From a virus (lineage: Duplodnaviria; Caudoviricetes), in IMG/VR virus record IMGVR_UViG_3300019784_000519, positions 1 through 31,007 of that record: a stretch of 31,007 bases of DNA; one strand, 5' to 3'. Shown piece by piece: positions 1 to 7,900 of this stretch (within the stretch, counting starts at the first letter, position 1; every line of letters begins with the position of its first letter). A program made the position numbers and the translations under genes. The notes beneath the pieces are model-generated. The model did no database searches. It was given only the letters and a program-made list of their open reading frames with translations, and was not told where the DNA came from.

Positions 1-7
1 AGAGGAG

Positions 8-21
8 CCCGACCGCATTCC
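8..21 (+). repeat. Terminal repeat CCCGACCGCATTCC, left copy; candidate cos cohesive end or assembly overlap
   Basis: Identical to 30990..31003; lies between HNH and the terminase-side cassette, where cos sites typically sit. Confidence 0.65.
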
Positions 22-87
22 TTCGTAGCCACCCGCGAAATTATTTGGTTTTTTAGGGATACACTAGAACCCTAGAAAGGCGCACGA

Positions 88-573
88 ATGAAAATCGAAA
101 CCCTACAAATCAAAGACCTAACGCCCGACCCGGCTAACGCTAGGCAACACGACGAAAAGAACCTAAAAGCGATTCAAGGTTCGCTGAATCAGTTCGGGCA
201 ACGCAAGCCAATCGTCATAACCGAAGCGGGCGTAATCGTCGCCGGGAACGGAACAGTCGAAGCAGCAAAGCGTCTAGGGTGGCTAGAGATTCAAGCCGTC
301 CGAGTTCCGAGCGAATGGACACCGGAGCAGACTAAAGCATTCGCACTAGCGGACAACCGAACCGCCGAACTAGCTTCTTGGAATTCTATTGTTCTAGCAG
401 AGCAGCTACTAGAGCTAGAAGAAGCTAACTTCGTAATTGAGGAATTCGGATTCGCAAAAGAAGAAGTTTCCGAAGCTAATCGACCGGAAGAATTTCCGAC
501 CTTTGACGACAAGGAAGAAACCTCTCACCGTTGCCCTAAATGTAGCTATGAATGGAACGGCAAAGCAAAATGA
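88..573 (+). CDS. ParB/Srx-like N-terminal domain protein with C-terminal CPKC motif
   Basis: NARQH...SLNQFGQRKPIVI...IVAGNGTVEAAKRLG...ALADNRTAE is typical of ParB-like domains beside phage DNA-modification genes; GAAAGG RBS. Confidence 0.85.
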   Translation: MKIETLQIKDLTPDPANARQHDEKNLKAIQGSLNQFGQRKPIVITEAGVIVAGNGTVEAAKRLGWLEIQAVRVPSEWTPEQTKAFALADNRTAELASWNSIVLAEQLLELEEANFVIEEFGFAKEEVSEANRPEEFPTFDDKEETSHRCPKCSYEWNGKAK

Positions 574-1262
574 AAGACTCCGTAATGCCGAAAGGTAAGT
601 GGGAGTTTGACGAAGAAGTAACTAAAGTTTTCGACGATATGCTTGCCCGCTCTATTCCAGACTACGACGGAATGCGAGAGCTAACGACGAACCTAGCTCT
701 TAGATTCGCAACCCCGGGAACCGACGTTGTAGACCTTGGGTGTTCTCGCGGAGCCGCACTAAAGCCTATTTATGAAGAACTAAAAAACTCAGTAAAGTAT
801 TTAGGCATAGAAGTTTCTAAGCCAATGAGGAAGGCAGCGAAAGAAGAAGTTCCCTTCGCCGAAATCCTAGACCTAGACTTACGCAAGTCCTATCCGCGAA
901 CAAGAGCGTCCGTAACCCTATCCGTCCTAACCTTACAATTTATCCCTATCGAATACCGTCAAGAGATAATTCAGAACGTATACGACAACACGAATCCCGG
1001 TGGAGCTTTTCTCTTTGTCGAGAAGGTTCTTGGCTCCGACGCTTACGCGAACAAGCTTCTTATCGAAACGTTTCTAAAGACTAAGGAATCTCACGGCTAC
1101 TCTAAAGAACAAATAGAGAGAAAGAAAGAAAGCCTAGAAGGAGTTCTAGTTCCCGTTACCGCAGATTGGAACGTTGAACTTCTAAAGGAAGCCGGATTCA
1201 AGCACGTAGATTGCTACTGGCGACACCTAAACTTTGCGGGCTGGGTTGCTGTAAAAGAATGA
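570..1262 (+). CDS. cmoA: CmoA-like carboxy-S-adenosylmethionine synthase (class I SAM-binding fold)
   Basis: WEFDEEVTKVFDDMLARSIPDY, DLGCSRG, TLQF, EK, SLEGVL and AGF...W..LNF match the CmoA pattern; ATG at 570 overlaps the ParB stop (ATGA). Confidence 0.85.
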   Translation: MKDSVMPKGKWEFDEEVTKVFDDMLARSIPDYDGMRELTTNLALRFATPGTDVVDLGCSRGAALKPIYEELKNSVKYLGIEVSKPMRKAAKEEVPFAEILDLDLRKSYPRTRASVTLSVLTLQFIPIEYRQEIIQNVYDNTNPGGAFLFVEKVLGSDAYANKLLIETFLKTKESHGYSKEQIERKKESLEGVLVPVTADWNVELLKEAGFKHVDCYWRHLNFAGWVAVKE

Positions 1263-2338
1263 AGCCTAAGTATTCCGTCCCGACTATGGACGAGGTAAAA
1301 AAGGCTAAAGGCTCTAACGGCTTTACTATGGTTTCGAGTTTCTCCGGTTGCGGTGGTTCTTGTCTAGGTTTTGAACTAGCCGGATTCAATCTTCTATGGG
1401 CGAATGAGTTTATTCCGGAAGCGCGGGAAACTTATCGGGCTAATCACGATGACGTAATCCTAGACGGCCGGGACGTAAGAGAAGTAAAGGGTTCCGAAAT
1501 TCTAGAAGCGATTGGTCTTTCTGTTGGGGAACTAGATTTGTTTGAAGGCTCTCCACCTTGCTCTTCTTTCTCTATGGCTGGCTCTAGGGAAAAGGCTTGG
1601 GGAAAAGTAAAGTCTTATTCAGATTCCGAGCAAAAATCGGACGACTTATTCTTTGAATACTCCCGGCTAATAAAGGAGATTCAACCAAAAACCTTTATCG
1701 CTGAAAATGTTTCTGGGCTAGTTAGGGGAACCGCTTTAGGCTACTTCCGCGAAATCCTGCGCGACCTTAGAGCTAACGGGTATCAAGTCGAGGCTAAACT
1801 TCTAGACGCTTCTTGGCTAGGTGTTCCACAGGCCCGGAAGCGCATTATCTTTATCGGAGTTCGTAATGACCTAGTAAAGAAATACAAAGTTGCCCCGGCG
1901 TTCCCTTCCCCCTTTGATTACCAATACTCCCTAAATGAAGCCCTTGAAGAAGTACCTAAGCTAGATAAATACCTAGACTCCGAAACCGGAAAAGACATAG
2001 GTTTAGAAAGGTATGCTGTTGGCCCCGAGTGGGATAAGACTGAAATAGGAAAGGCGTCACAGAAATACTTTCAACTAGTAAAGCCACACCCTTCAAAGCC
2101 GATACCAACAATTACAACTAAAGTCGGAATTGTCGGGGCAGCTGCGGTAGTCCACCCGTTACAGAAGCGCAATTTCACGCTACAAGAGCTTCGTCTTCTT
2201 TCTAGTTTCCCCGCGGACTTTATCCTTACCGGAACTTATGCCCAACGTTGCGAACGTATCGGGAGAAGCGTTCCCCCGCTTATGGCTAAAGCCATAGGCG
2301 AAACAATAGCTAAAGAGATACTTTCCAAGACCCGTTAG
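1259..2338 (+). CDS. C5-cytosine DNA methyltransferase family, predicted carboxymethyltransferase
   Basis: Motifs I FSGCGG, IV GSPPCSSFS, VI ENV, VIII QARKR, IX R..T.QE...LSSFP and X IGRSVPP (Arg for the usual Asn); ATGA overlap with the cmoA-like stop. Confidence 0.9.
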   Translation: MKPKYSVPTMDEVKKAKGSNGFTMVSSFSGCGGSCLGFELAGFNLLWANEFIPEARETYRANHDDVILDGRDVREVKGSEILEAIGLSVGELDLFEGSPPCSSFSMAGSREKAWGKVKSYSDSEQKSDDLFFEYSRLIKEIQPKTFIAENVSGLVRGTALGYFREILRDLRANGYQVEAKLLDASWLGVPQARKRIIFIGVRNDLVKKYKVAPAFPSPFDYQYSLNEALEEVPKLDKYLDSETGKDIGLERYAVGPEWDKTEIGKASQKYFQLVKPHPSKPIPTITTKVGIVGAAAVVHPLQKRNFTLQELRLLSSFPADFILTGTYAQRCERIGRSVPPLMAKAIGETIAKEILSKTR

Positions 2339-2377
2339 GGGATTGGGAGAAATCTAAAAAATTTTTAAGGGAAGCTA

Positions 2378-2827
2378 ATGACAGCAGGACGACCGACTAA
2401 GCCAATAGAGCAGAAGCGACTTCTTGGCAACCCCGGCAAGCGCGCCCTACCCGAGCAATCGGCAATAATGCTAATCCCGCAAGCAAGAGAAACTCCAGAA
2501 CCCGCACGTCCACTTCTTAAATACGGGCAGGAATTATGGAAGCGGGTTTGGGAATCCGGCATAAATTGGATAAGCCCGAACACCGACTTAGAAATTCTTC
2601 TTATGACTTGCGAGCTAATAGACGAACGCTGGAATCTCCGAGTGCGTGTAATGACCGACAACAACCCGAAAGACCGCCGGGGACTTCGAGAGCTGGACAA
2701 GCAAATAGTTTCTAACTTAGGGCTTCTTGGATTCACTCCCTCCGACCGCTCCCGGCTAGGCGTGGCAGAAGTAAAGAAAATGAGCAAGCTAGAAGAGCTA
2801 ATGGCGAAGAAGGCTAACCGTGAATAG
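2378..2827 (+). CDS. terS: Terminase small subunit (P27-like)
   Basis: GRPTKP...LLGNPGKR N-terminus and LGFTPSDRSRLG motif; directly upstream of TerL. Confidence 0.85.
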   Translation: MTAGRPTKPIEQKRLLGNPGKRALPEQSAIMLIPQARETPEPARPLLKYGQELWKRVWESGINWISPNTDLEILLMTCELIDERWNLRVRVMTDNNPKDRRGLRELDKQIVSNLGLLGFTPSDRSRLGVAEVKKMSKLEELMAKKANRE

Positions 2828-4343
2828 TTGGCCCCCGCTTTGGCTAACGCCCGTTTCAGAGCAAGCAATCGAGCAAGGCGACGGAGAAATTGTAATCGAG
2901 TTTACCGAAACCTTTGGAACTATTGGTAAGGACGGCATAGCGGGCAAAGTGGGACAAGCTCTAAAGCTTCGACCGTGGCAGAAAGAACTTATCCGGCACG
3001 TTTACGCCCGAGATGAAGAAGGCGGGCTAGTGGCAAGAACCGTACTAATCGGGGAACCCAGGAAAAATGGCAAGAGCGCGCTATCCGCTATTAGCTTTGG
3101 ACTCTATTCCTTACTAGCTGAAGGCGTAGACGGTGGAGAAGTTTACTCAATCGCAGCCGAAAAGGAACAGGCGCGAATCGTATTCGGTGAAGCTAAGAGA
3201 ATCGTCGAGTCCACGGAGCTATCCGAAATGGTCAAGGTCTATCGGGACGCACTATTCGTTCCAGCAACTAACTCCGTGTATCGTGTTCTTTCCGCTGAGA
3301 GCTTTTCTAAAGAAGGATACAACCCGCACCGTGTAATCGCAGACGAGCTTCACGCGCACAAAGACCGTTCTCTATTTGACGTTATGAGTTTAGCTATGGG
3401 AAACCGTGGAAGTATTGCGCAGTTAATCGCAATCACAACAGCCGGAGTAAAAAAGGATATGACCGGGCAGGACTCAATCGCATATAACTTGTTCCAGTAT
3501 GGTCAGAAAGTTTCACGCGCAGAAGTTATCGACCCTTCTTTCTTTATGGCTTGGTGGGCAGCACCGGACGAAGCCGACCACCGCGACCCGAAAGTTTGGG
3601 AATTAGCTAACCCGGGCTTTGACGACTTAGTAGATAAGGCAGATTTCGAGAGCGCAGTAAAGCGAACACCCGAAGCGGAGTTTAGAACTAAGCGTCTAAA
3701 CCAATGGGTAAGCTCACAGACCGCTTGGCTCCCGGCTGGAAGTTGGGACGAACTGAAGACCGAAAGACAAGTTAGCCCGGACGACGAAATTATCTTAGGC
3801 TTCGACGGCTCATTCTCCGGCGACTGTACCGTTCTTGTTGCGTGTACGATTCCAAAGACCGAAGACGAAAAACCTTTTCTTTGGCTAGTCAAGGAATGGG
3901 AGAAAGACCTAACTATCCACGATGACCTATGGCGCGTAGATATCCAAGAAGTCGAGGAAACGATTATGAACTTTATGCGCGACTATCCGAAGACCCGAGA
4001 AGTAGCTTGCGACCCTTTCCGCTGGCAACGCTCTATGGAAGTCCTAGCAGACCGCGGGGTTCCAATCGTTGAGTGGCCTAGCACTTCACCGAAGCGAATG
4101 GTACAAGCGTCGGCGAAATTCTTCGACGCCGTAACAGGTGGAACCGTAGAACACGACGGAAGCCCAGTTCTATCAAGGCACTTAGATAACGCCGTGACCA
4201 AAATAGACAACTTAGGAATCCGTATCGTAAAAGAGAACCGTCATTCACCGCGCAAGATTGACGCAGCGGTAGCCGCAGTAATTGCCTTCGATAGAGCAGT
4301 TAGCAGTAGAATAGAAGAAATGGTTCCCGACTTCTTTTTCTAA
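2820..4343 (+). CDS. terL: Terminase large subunit
   Basis: Walker A PRKNGKS, Walker B VIADELH, ITTAG coupling motif, LGFDGS nuclease motif, KIDAAVA. Confidence 0.95.
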   Translation: MNSWPPLWLTPVSEQAIEQGDGEIVIEFTETFGTIGKDGIAGKVGQALKLRPWQKELIRHVYARDEEGGLVARTVLIGEPRKNGKSALSAISFGLYSLLAEGVDGGEVYSIAAEKEQARIVFGEAKRIVESTELSEMVKVYRDALFVPATNSVYRVLSAESFSKEGYNPHRVIADELHAHKDRSLFDVMSLAMGNRGSIAQLIAITTAGVKKDMTGQDSIAYNLFQYGQKVSRAEVIDPSFFMAWWAAPDEADHRDPKVWELANPGFDDLVDKADFESAVKRTPEAEFRTKRLNQWVSSQTAWLPAGSWDELKTERQVSPDDEIILGFDGSFSGDCTVLVACTIPKTEDEKPFLWLVKEWEKDLTIHDDLWRVDIQEVEETIMNFMRDYPKTREVACDPFRWQRSMEVLADRGVPIVEWPSTSPKRMVQASAKFFDAVTGGTVEHDGSPVLSRHLDNAVTKIDNLGIRIVKENRHSPRKIDAAVAAVIAFDRAVSSRIEEMVPDFFF

Positions 4344-4351
4344 GGGTGAAA

Positions 4352-4483
4352 ATGGCGACAATAATTCAGATAACAGGAGCGGTGCTAGTCGTGACGGGCA
4401 TTTGGCTTTTCTCTATCCCCGTTGCGCTAATAGTCGCTGGCGTTGCGACACTAATTTTCGGTATCGCATTGGAGCGTAAGTAA
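4352..4483 (+). CDS. Small membrane protein (43 aa)
   Basis: Own translation MATIIQITGAVLVVTGIWLFSIPVALIVAGVATLIFGIALERK; stop overlaps portal ATG (TAATG); not in ORF track. Confidence 0.75.
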   Translation: MATIIQITGAVLVVTGIWLFSIPVALIVAGVATLIFGIALERK

Positions 4484-5835
4484 TGCTAAATAATCTCTTT
4501 GAAAAGAGAGCAGTAAGTTTCCAAACAATCTGGGGAGCTGGCGACGACCTTCTAGACCTGAATCAATCCGGCACTAATGTAAATTCGGAAACCGCGTTCA
4601 AAATAACCGCGCTCTATTCTGCGGTATCTCTTATCTCGGATACTATCTCGACCCTACCCCTAGACGCTTTCATTCGTCGGGACGGTGCGCGCTATCCTTT
4701 CCGTCCCCGTCCAGCTTGGGTGACTAAACCCGACCTAGACCAACAGCCTTCCGCATTCTGGCAATCGGTAATCGTTTCACTTCTAATCGACGGAAACGCA
4801 TTCGTTCGCGTCTTCCGCTCCGGTGGTCAAGTCGTGAATCTAGTTCCACTAAACCCGCTTAAGGTTCAAATAAAGCGCAACGGTATCGGTCGCGTAATGT
4901 TCGAGGTTCAAGGAGAGAAAAATCTTCTTAGCTCCGAAGACGTTATCTTTATCGCAGACCTAGTTCGTCCGGGAGAGATTCGCGGAATGGCTAGAGTCGA
5001 AGCTCTAAAAGATAACTTTGGTCTTTCTATTGCGCTTGAATCTTACGCAGCTCGTTTCTTTTCTAACAGCGCAACACCGCAAGGAATCATAACTTTTCCC
5101 GGAAATCTTAATTCCGAACAGGCCGAAAGTTTACGGCGTAATTTTGACGCGGCCCACCGTGGACTAAGAAAGTCGCACAAGACCGGAGTTCTATCTGGCG
5201 GAGCGGACTGGAAAGTTACCGGAGTAGACCCGGAGCAAAGTCAGCTAGAAATGTCTAGGCGTTTAGCAGTCGAAGACGTAGCTAGAGCATTCAACATTCC
5301 GAACCATATGCTAGGCGTTCAAGGCTCCACAGCTTACGCAAGCGTGGAGCAGGATTCTATTTTCTTTGTTCAACACACACTTCGTCCAATCGTCCAGAAA
5401 CTAGAAACCGCATTCAGCATTCTTTTATCTGAAGTTCCCGGTGGAGAAAACGCATTCCTTAGATTCAACCTAGACGGGCTTCTACGCGGAGATTCACAAG
5501 CTAGGGCTAACGCTTATTCAATCGGACTTCAGGCGGGATACTACACCGTCAACGATATCCGCAGACTAGAAGACCTTATTCCAATGACCGAAACCGTAGC
5601 AGATGAAGTTCGTGTTCCATTAGCTAACGTCGCAATCGCAGATTCTAGAATCTCGACCGAGGATAAAAAAGTTCTTATGGCTCAAAGACTAGTCACAGCT
5701 GGTTATGACCCGAAGGCAGTTCTAGAAGCTCTAGGCCTCCCACCTATTCCACACACCGGAATTCCTTCCGTAATGCTTCAAGGTGTCGCGCAAATTGACC
5801 CGTTGAATCCGAAAGACGTCTACGAGGTCGAGTAA
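4483..5835 (+). CDS. HK97-family portal protein
   Basis: LLIDGNAFV, DVARAFNIPNHMLG, LRFNLDGLLRGD, TVNDIRRLEDL motifs; position after terminase. Confidence 0.95.
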   Translation: MLNNLFEKRAVSFQTIWGAGDDLLDLNQSGTNVNSETAFKITALYSAVSLISDTISTLPLDAFIRRDGARYPFRPRPAWVTKPDLDQQPSAFWQSVIVSLLIDGNAFVRVFRSGGQVVNLVPLNPLKVQIKRNGIGRVMFEVQGEKNLLSSEDVIFIADLVRPGEIRGMARVEALKDNFGLSIALESYAARFFSNSATPQGIITFPGNLNSEQAESLRRNFDAAHRGLRKSHKTGVLSGGADWKVTGVDPEQSQLEMSRRLAVEDVARAFNIPNHMLGVQGSTAYASVEQDSIFFVQHTLRPIVQKLETAFSILLSEVPGGENAFLRFNLDGLLRGDSQARANAYSIGLQAGYYTVNDIRRLEDLIPMTETVADEVRVPLANVAIADSRISTEDKKVLMAQRLVTAGYDPKAVLEALGLPPIPHTGIPSVMLQGVAQIDPLNPKDVYEVE

Positions 5836-7550
5836 TGGAAGAAAGAGAACTCCCCGACAACTATCGCCCGGCACTATCTCCAGACGTTCCAGAAGGTAGA
5901 GCTTGCGGAAATTGCTTCTTCTATGACGAAACCCGACTAAACCAAGACGGCGATAAAGCTTGGTGCGAACGTTGGGACGCATTCGTATTAGGCGGAAACT
6001 ACTGTAATGCGTGGCAACCTACCGAAGAAGATAGGGCAGAGGCAGAACCAGCCCCAGCGTCGGAGCAGATTATCGGAAGCGATAAAAACAAGCCGGGCAG
6101 CGCAGGTGGCGCAGGTGGAGATATAGAACTAAGCGAAGCAACGCAGACCGCACTCCGCAACAAAGTTTCAGACCACAACGAAAAAATGAAAGAAGAAAAT
6201 AAACCCGACTACACCCGTACTACTTACGGACAATTAGCGGCAGTTTATCGACGTGGAGCCGGAGCATATTCAACTTCTTTCCGTCCGGGTATAGGTCGAA
6301 ACCAATGGGCTATGGCACGGGTAAACGCCTTCCTTTATCTTCTTCGAAACGGTAGCCCAGAGAATTCAAAGTATATAACCGACAATGACTTACTGCCCGA
6401 AGCTCACCCGAAGTCCACTCGCTCGGAAATAAATGAAACAGAACAACGGGACGTACATCTAACTCCCCCGGCTTATATGAGAGCAGCCGCCCGCCGTGGA
6501 CTTGAATACTACGCAGAGGGCTTAGCTGGGGACGGGCTAGTAGATAGAACCGTTAGAGAAGCCCGGGCTATGGCAGAAGGAAACGTCACCGCAGATAAGT
6601 GGGTTCGTATCGCTGCGTGGATTGCTAGACACTTAGGCGACCTAGATTCTCCGGACGCTAATCCTTCTTCAGAAAATTATCCTTCTGCCGGAGTTGTCGC
6701 TCACCTTCTTTGGGGAAGTGGCCCTAGCAAATCTTCCGCTAACCGCACAATGAAATATGCGGAAGGCGTCGTTGCTAGACTAGAAGAAGAAAATCGCGCA
6801 AGCATAAGTCAGGAAAGCGAACAAATGGCAAAGATTGAAAAGCGGACTAACGAAGTAAAGTTTGAACTAAGAGCCGTTGAAGGTGAAGAAGGAATGACCT
6901 TTACCGGGTACGCCGCAGTCTTCAACTCACCTAGCGAACCACTTCCTTTTATTGAAAGAATAGCTCCCGGAGCATTCAAGCGTTCACTAAAGGCGCGCAA
7001 CGACATCAAGCTTCTATGGAATCACGACACCGGGGCCGTTCTAGGTTCTACTCGGGCGGGAACTCTAAAGCTAGAAGAAGATAACTACGGCCTACGCGTT
7101 ACCGCAGTTCTTCCAGACACGACTCTAGGACGCGACGTTCGAACCCTAGTCCAGCGCGGGGACGTAAACGCTATGAGTTTCGGCTTTTCCGTGCCAGCGG
7201 GCGGAGATTCTTGGAACGCTGAAGGAACAGAAAGAACTCTAAAGTCTGTCAGAATTTTTGAAGTCAGCGTTGTTGCCTACGCCGCATATAGTGCCACCGC
7301 GGGAACCGCTACCGTTCGTTCGTTCGACGGAGTAGCAAAGCGCGCAGAGGTAGACGCAGACCAACTTGCGGACGCTATGCTTGCTATCGAAGACGGCAAG
7401 GACTTATCTCTAGAGCAGTCCGAACTTCTAACTAAAGTAATTCAGCGACTAACCCCGCAAGAAGAAGCAGAAGTGGAAGCTAATTCGGAAGACCTTACCG
7501 CGCTAGAACTAAAGAAAAAGAAATTTGAACTCCTAATGAAGAGGCTATAA
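5835..7550 (+). CDS. HK97-type prohead protease with three extra N-terminal domains
   Basis: C-terminal ~240 aa: FTGYAAVFN, ERIAPGAF, LLWNHD, MSFGF, EVSVV; N-terminal 330 aa holds a Cys-rich domain and two helical domains; possible internal start at 6825. Confidence 0.9.
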   Translation: MEERELPDNYRPALSPDVPEGRACGNCFFYDETRLNQDGDKAWCERWDAFVLGGNYCNAWQPTEEDRAEAEPAPASEQIIGSDKNKPGSAGGAGGDIELSEATQTALRNKVSDHNEKMKEENKPDYTRTTYGQLAAVYRRGAGAYSTSFRPGIGRNQWAMARVNAFLYLLRNGSPENSKYITDNDLLPEAHPKSTRSEINETEQRDVHLTPPAYMRAAARRGLEYYAEGLAGDGLVDRTVREARAMAEGNVTADKWVRIAAWIARHLGDLDSPDANPSSENYPSAGVVAHLLWGSGPSKSSANRTMKYAEGVVARLEEENRASISQESEQMAKIEKRTNEVKFELRAVEGEEGMTFTGYAAVFNSPSEPLPFIERIAPGAFKRSLKARNDIKLLWNHDTGAVLGSTRAGTLKLEEDNYGLRVTAVLPDTTLGRDVRTLVQRGDVNAMSFGFSVPAGGDSWNAEGTERTLKSVRIFEVSVVAYAAYSATAGTATVRSFDGVAKRAEVDADQLADAMLAIEDGKDLSLEQSELLTKVIQRLTPQEEAEVEANSEDLTALELKKKKFELLMKRL

Positions 7551-7718
7551 ATGGCAAGCAAAGACGCAATCAAAGAAGCAATTCTAAAATCTTCAGGTAA
7601 TCCCGAATATGGAATAGTTGTTGATAATGTAGAAGCTTGGGCGCAAGCAATCTGGGAGCTAGACAACGCAGCTCCAGCTAAAGAAGTTCGCGTCACAGAG
7701 GCTAAAGAAACCCGATAA
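7551..7718 (+). CDS. Small head-module protein (55 aa)
   Basis: Own translation MASKDAIKEAILKSSGNPEYG...EAKETR; ATG directly follows the protease stop. Confidence 0.75.
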   Translation: MASKDAIKEAILKSSGNPEYGIVVDNVEAWAQAIWELDNAAPAKEVRVTEAKETR

Positions 7719-7752
7719 GGGCCGTCGAGGATTTCCCCCTTTCTCTCGACAC

Positions 7753-7791
7753 GCAACCCCGCCGTATTCCTTTCCGGCGGGGTTGCTCTTT
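7753..7791 (+). terminator. Intrinsic terminator-like hairpin with anti-SD-like loop
   Basis: GCAACCCCGCCG / CGGCGGGGTTGC perfect 12-bp stem, loop TATTCCTTTC, followed by TCTTT. Confidence 0.7.
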
Positions 7792-7799
7792 ACCCGGAT

Positions 7800-7808
7800 T
7801 GGTAGAAT
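7800..7808 (+). promoter_or_regulatory. Extended -10 promoter for the capsid gene
   Basis: TGgTAGAAT just after the terminator and ahead of a structured leader and AAGGAG RBS. Confidence 0.55.
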
Positions 7809-7900
7809 ATAAACAGCGGGTCGAGTCAGCTCCCCGTTGTATCCGTTCGAGTTAGCTTGACGGGAATCCATAATCACAAATCAAACAAGGAGTAACAACT

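Noticed and set aside
88-573. Plasmid-prophage partition system
   Set aside because: No parA, no HTH domain and no parS array; the context is DNA modification
570-1262. cmoA as a tRNA-modifying auxiliary metabolic gene
   Set aside because: No cmoB or tRNA was recognised, and it is coupled to a DNA MTase carrying the basic motif X residue, so DNA is the more parsimonious target
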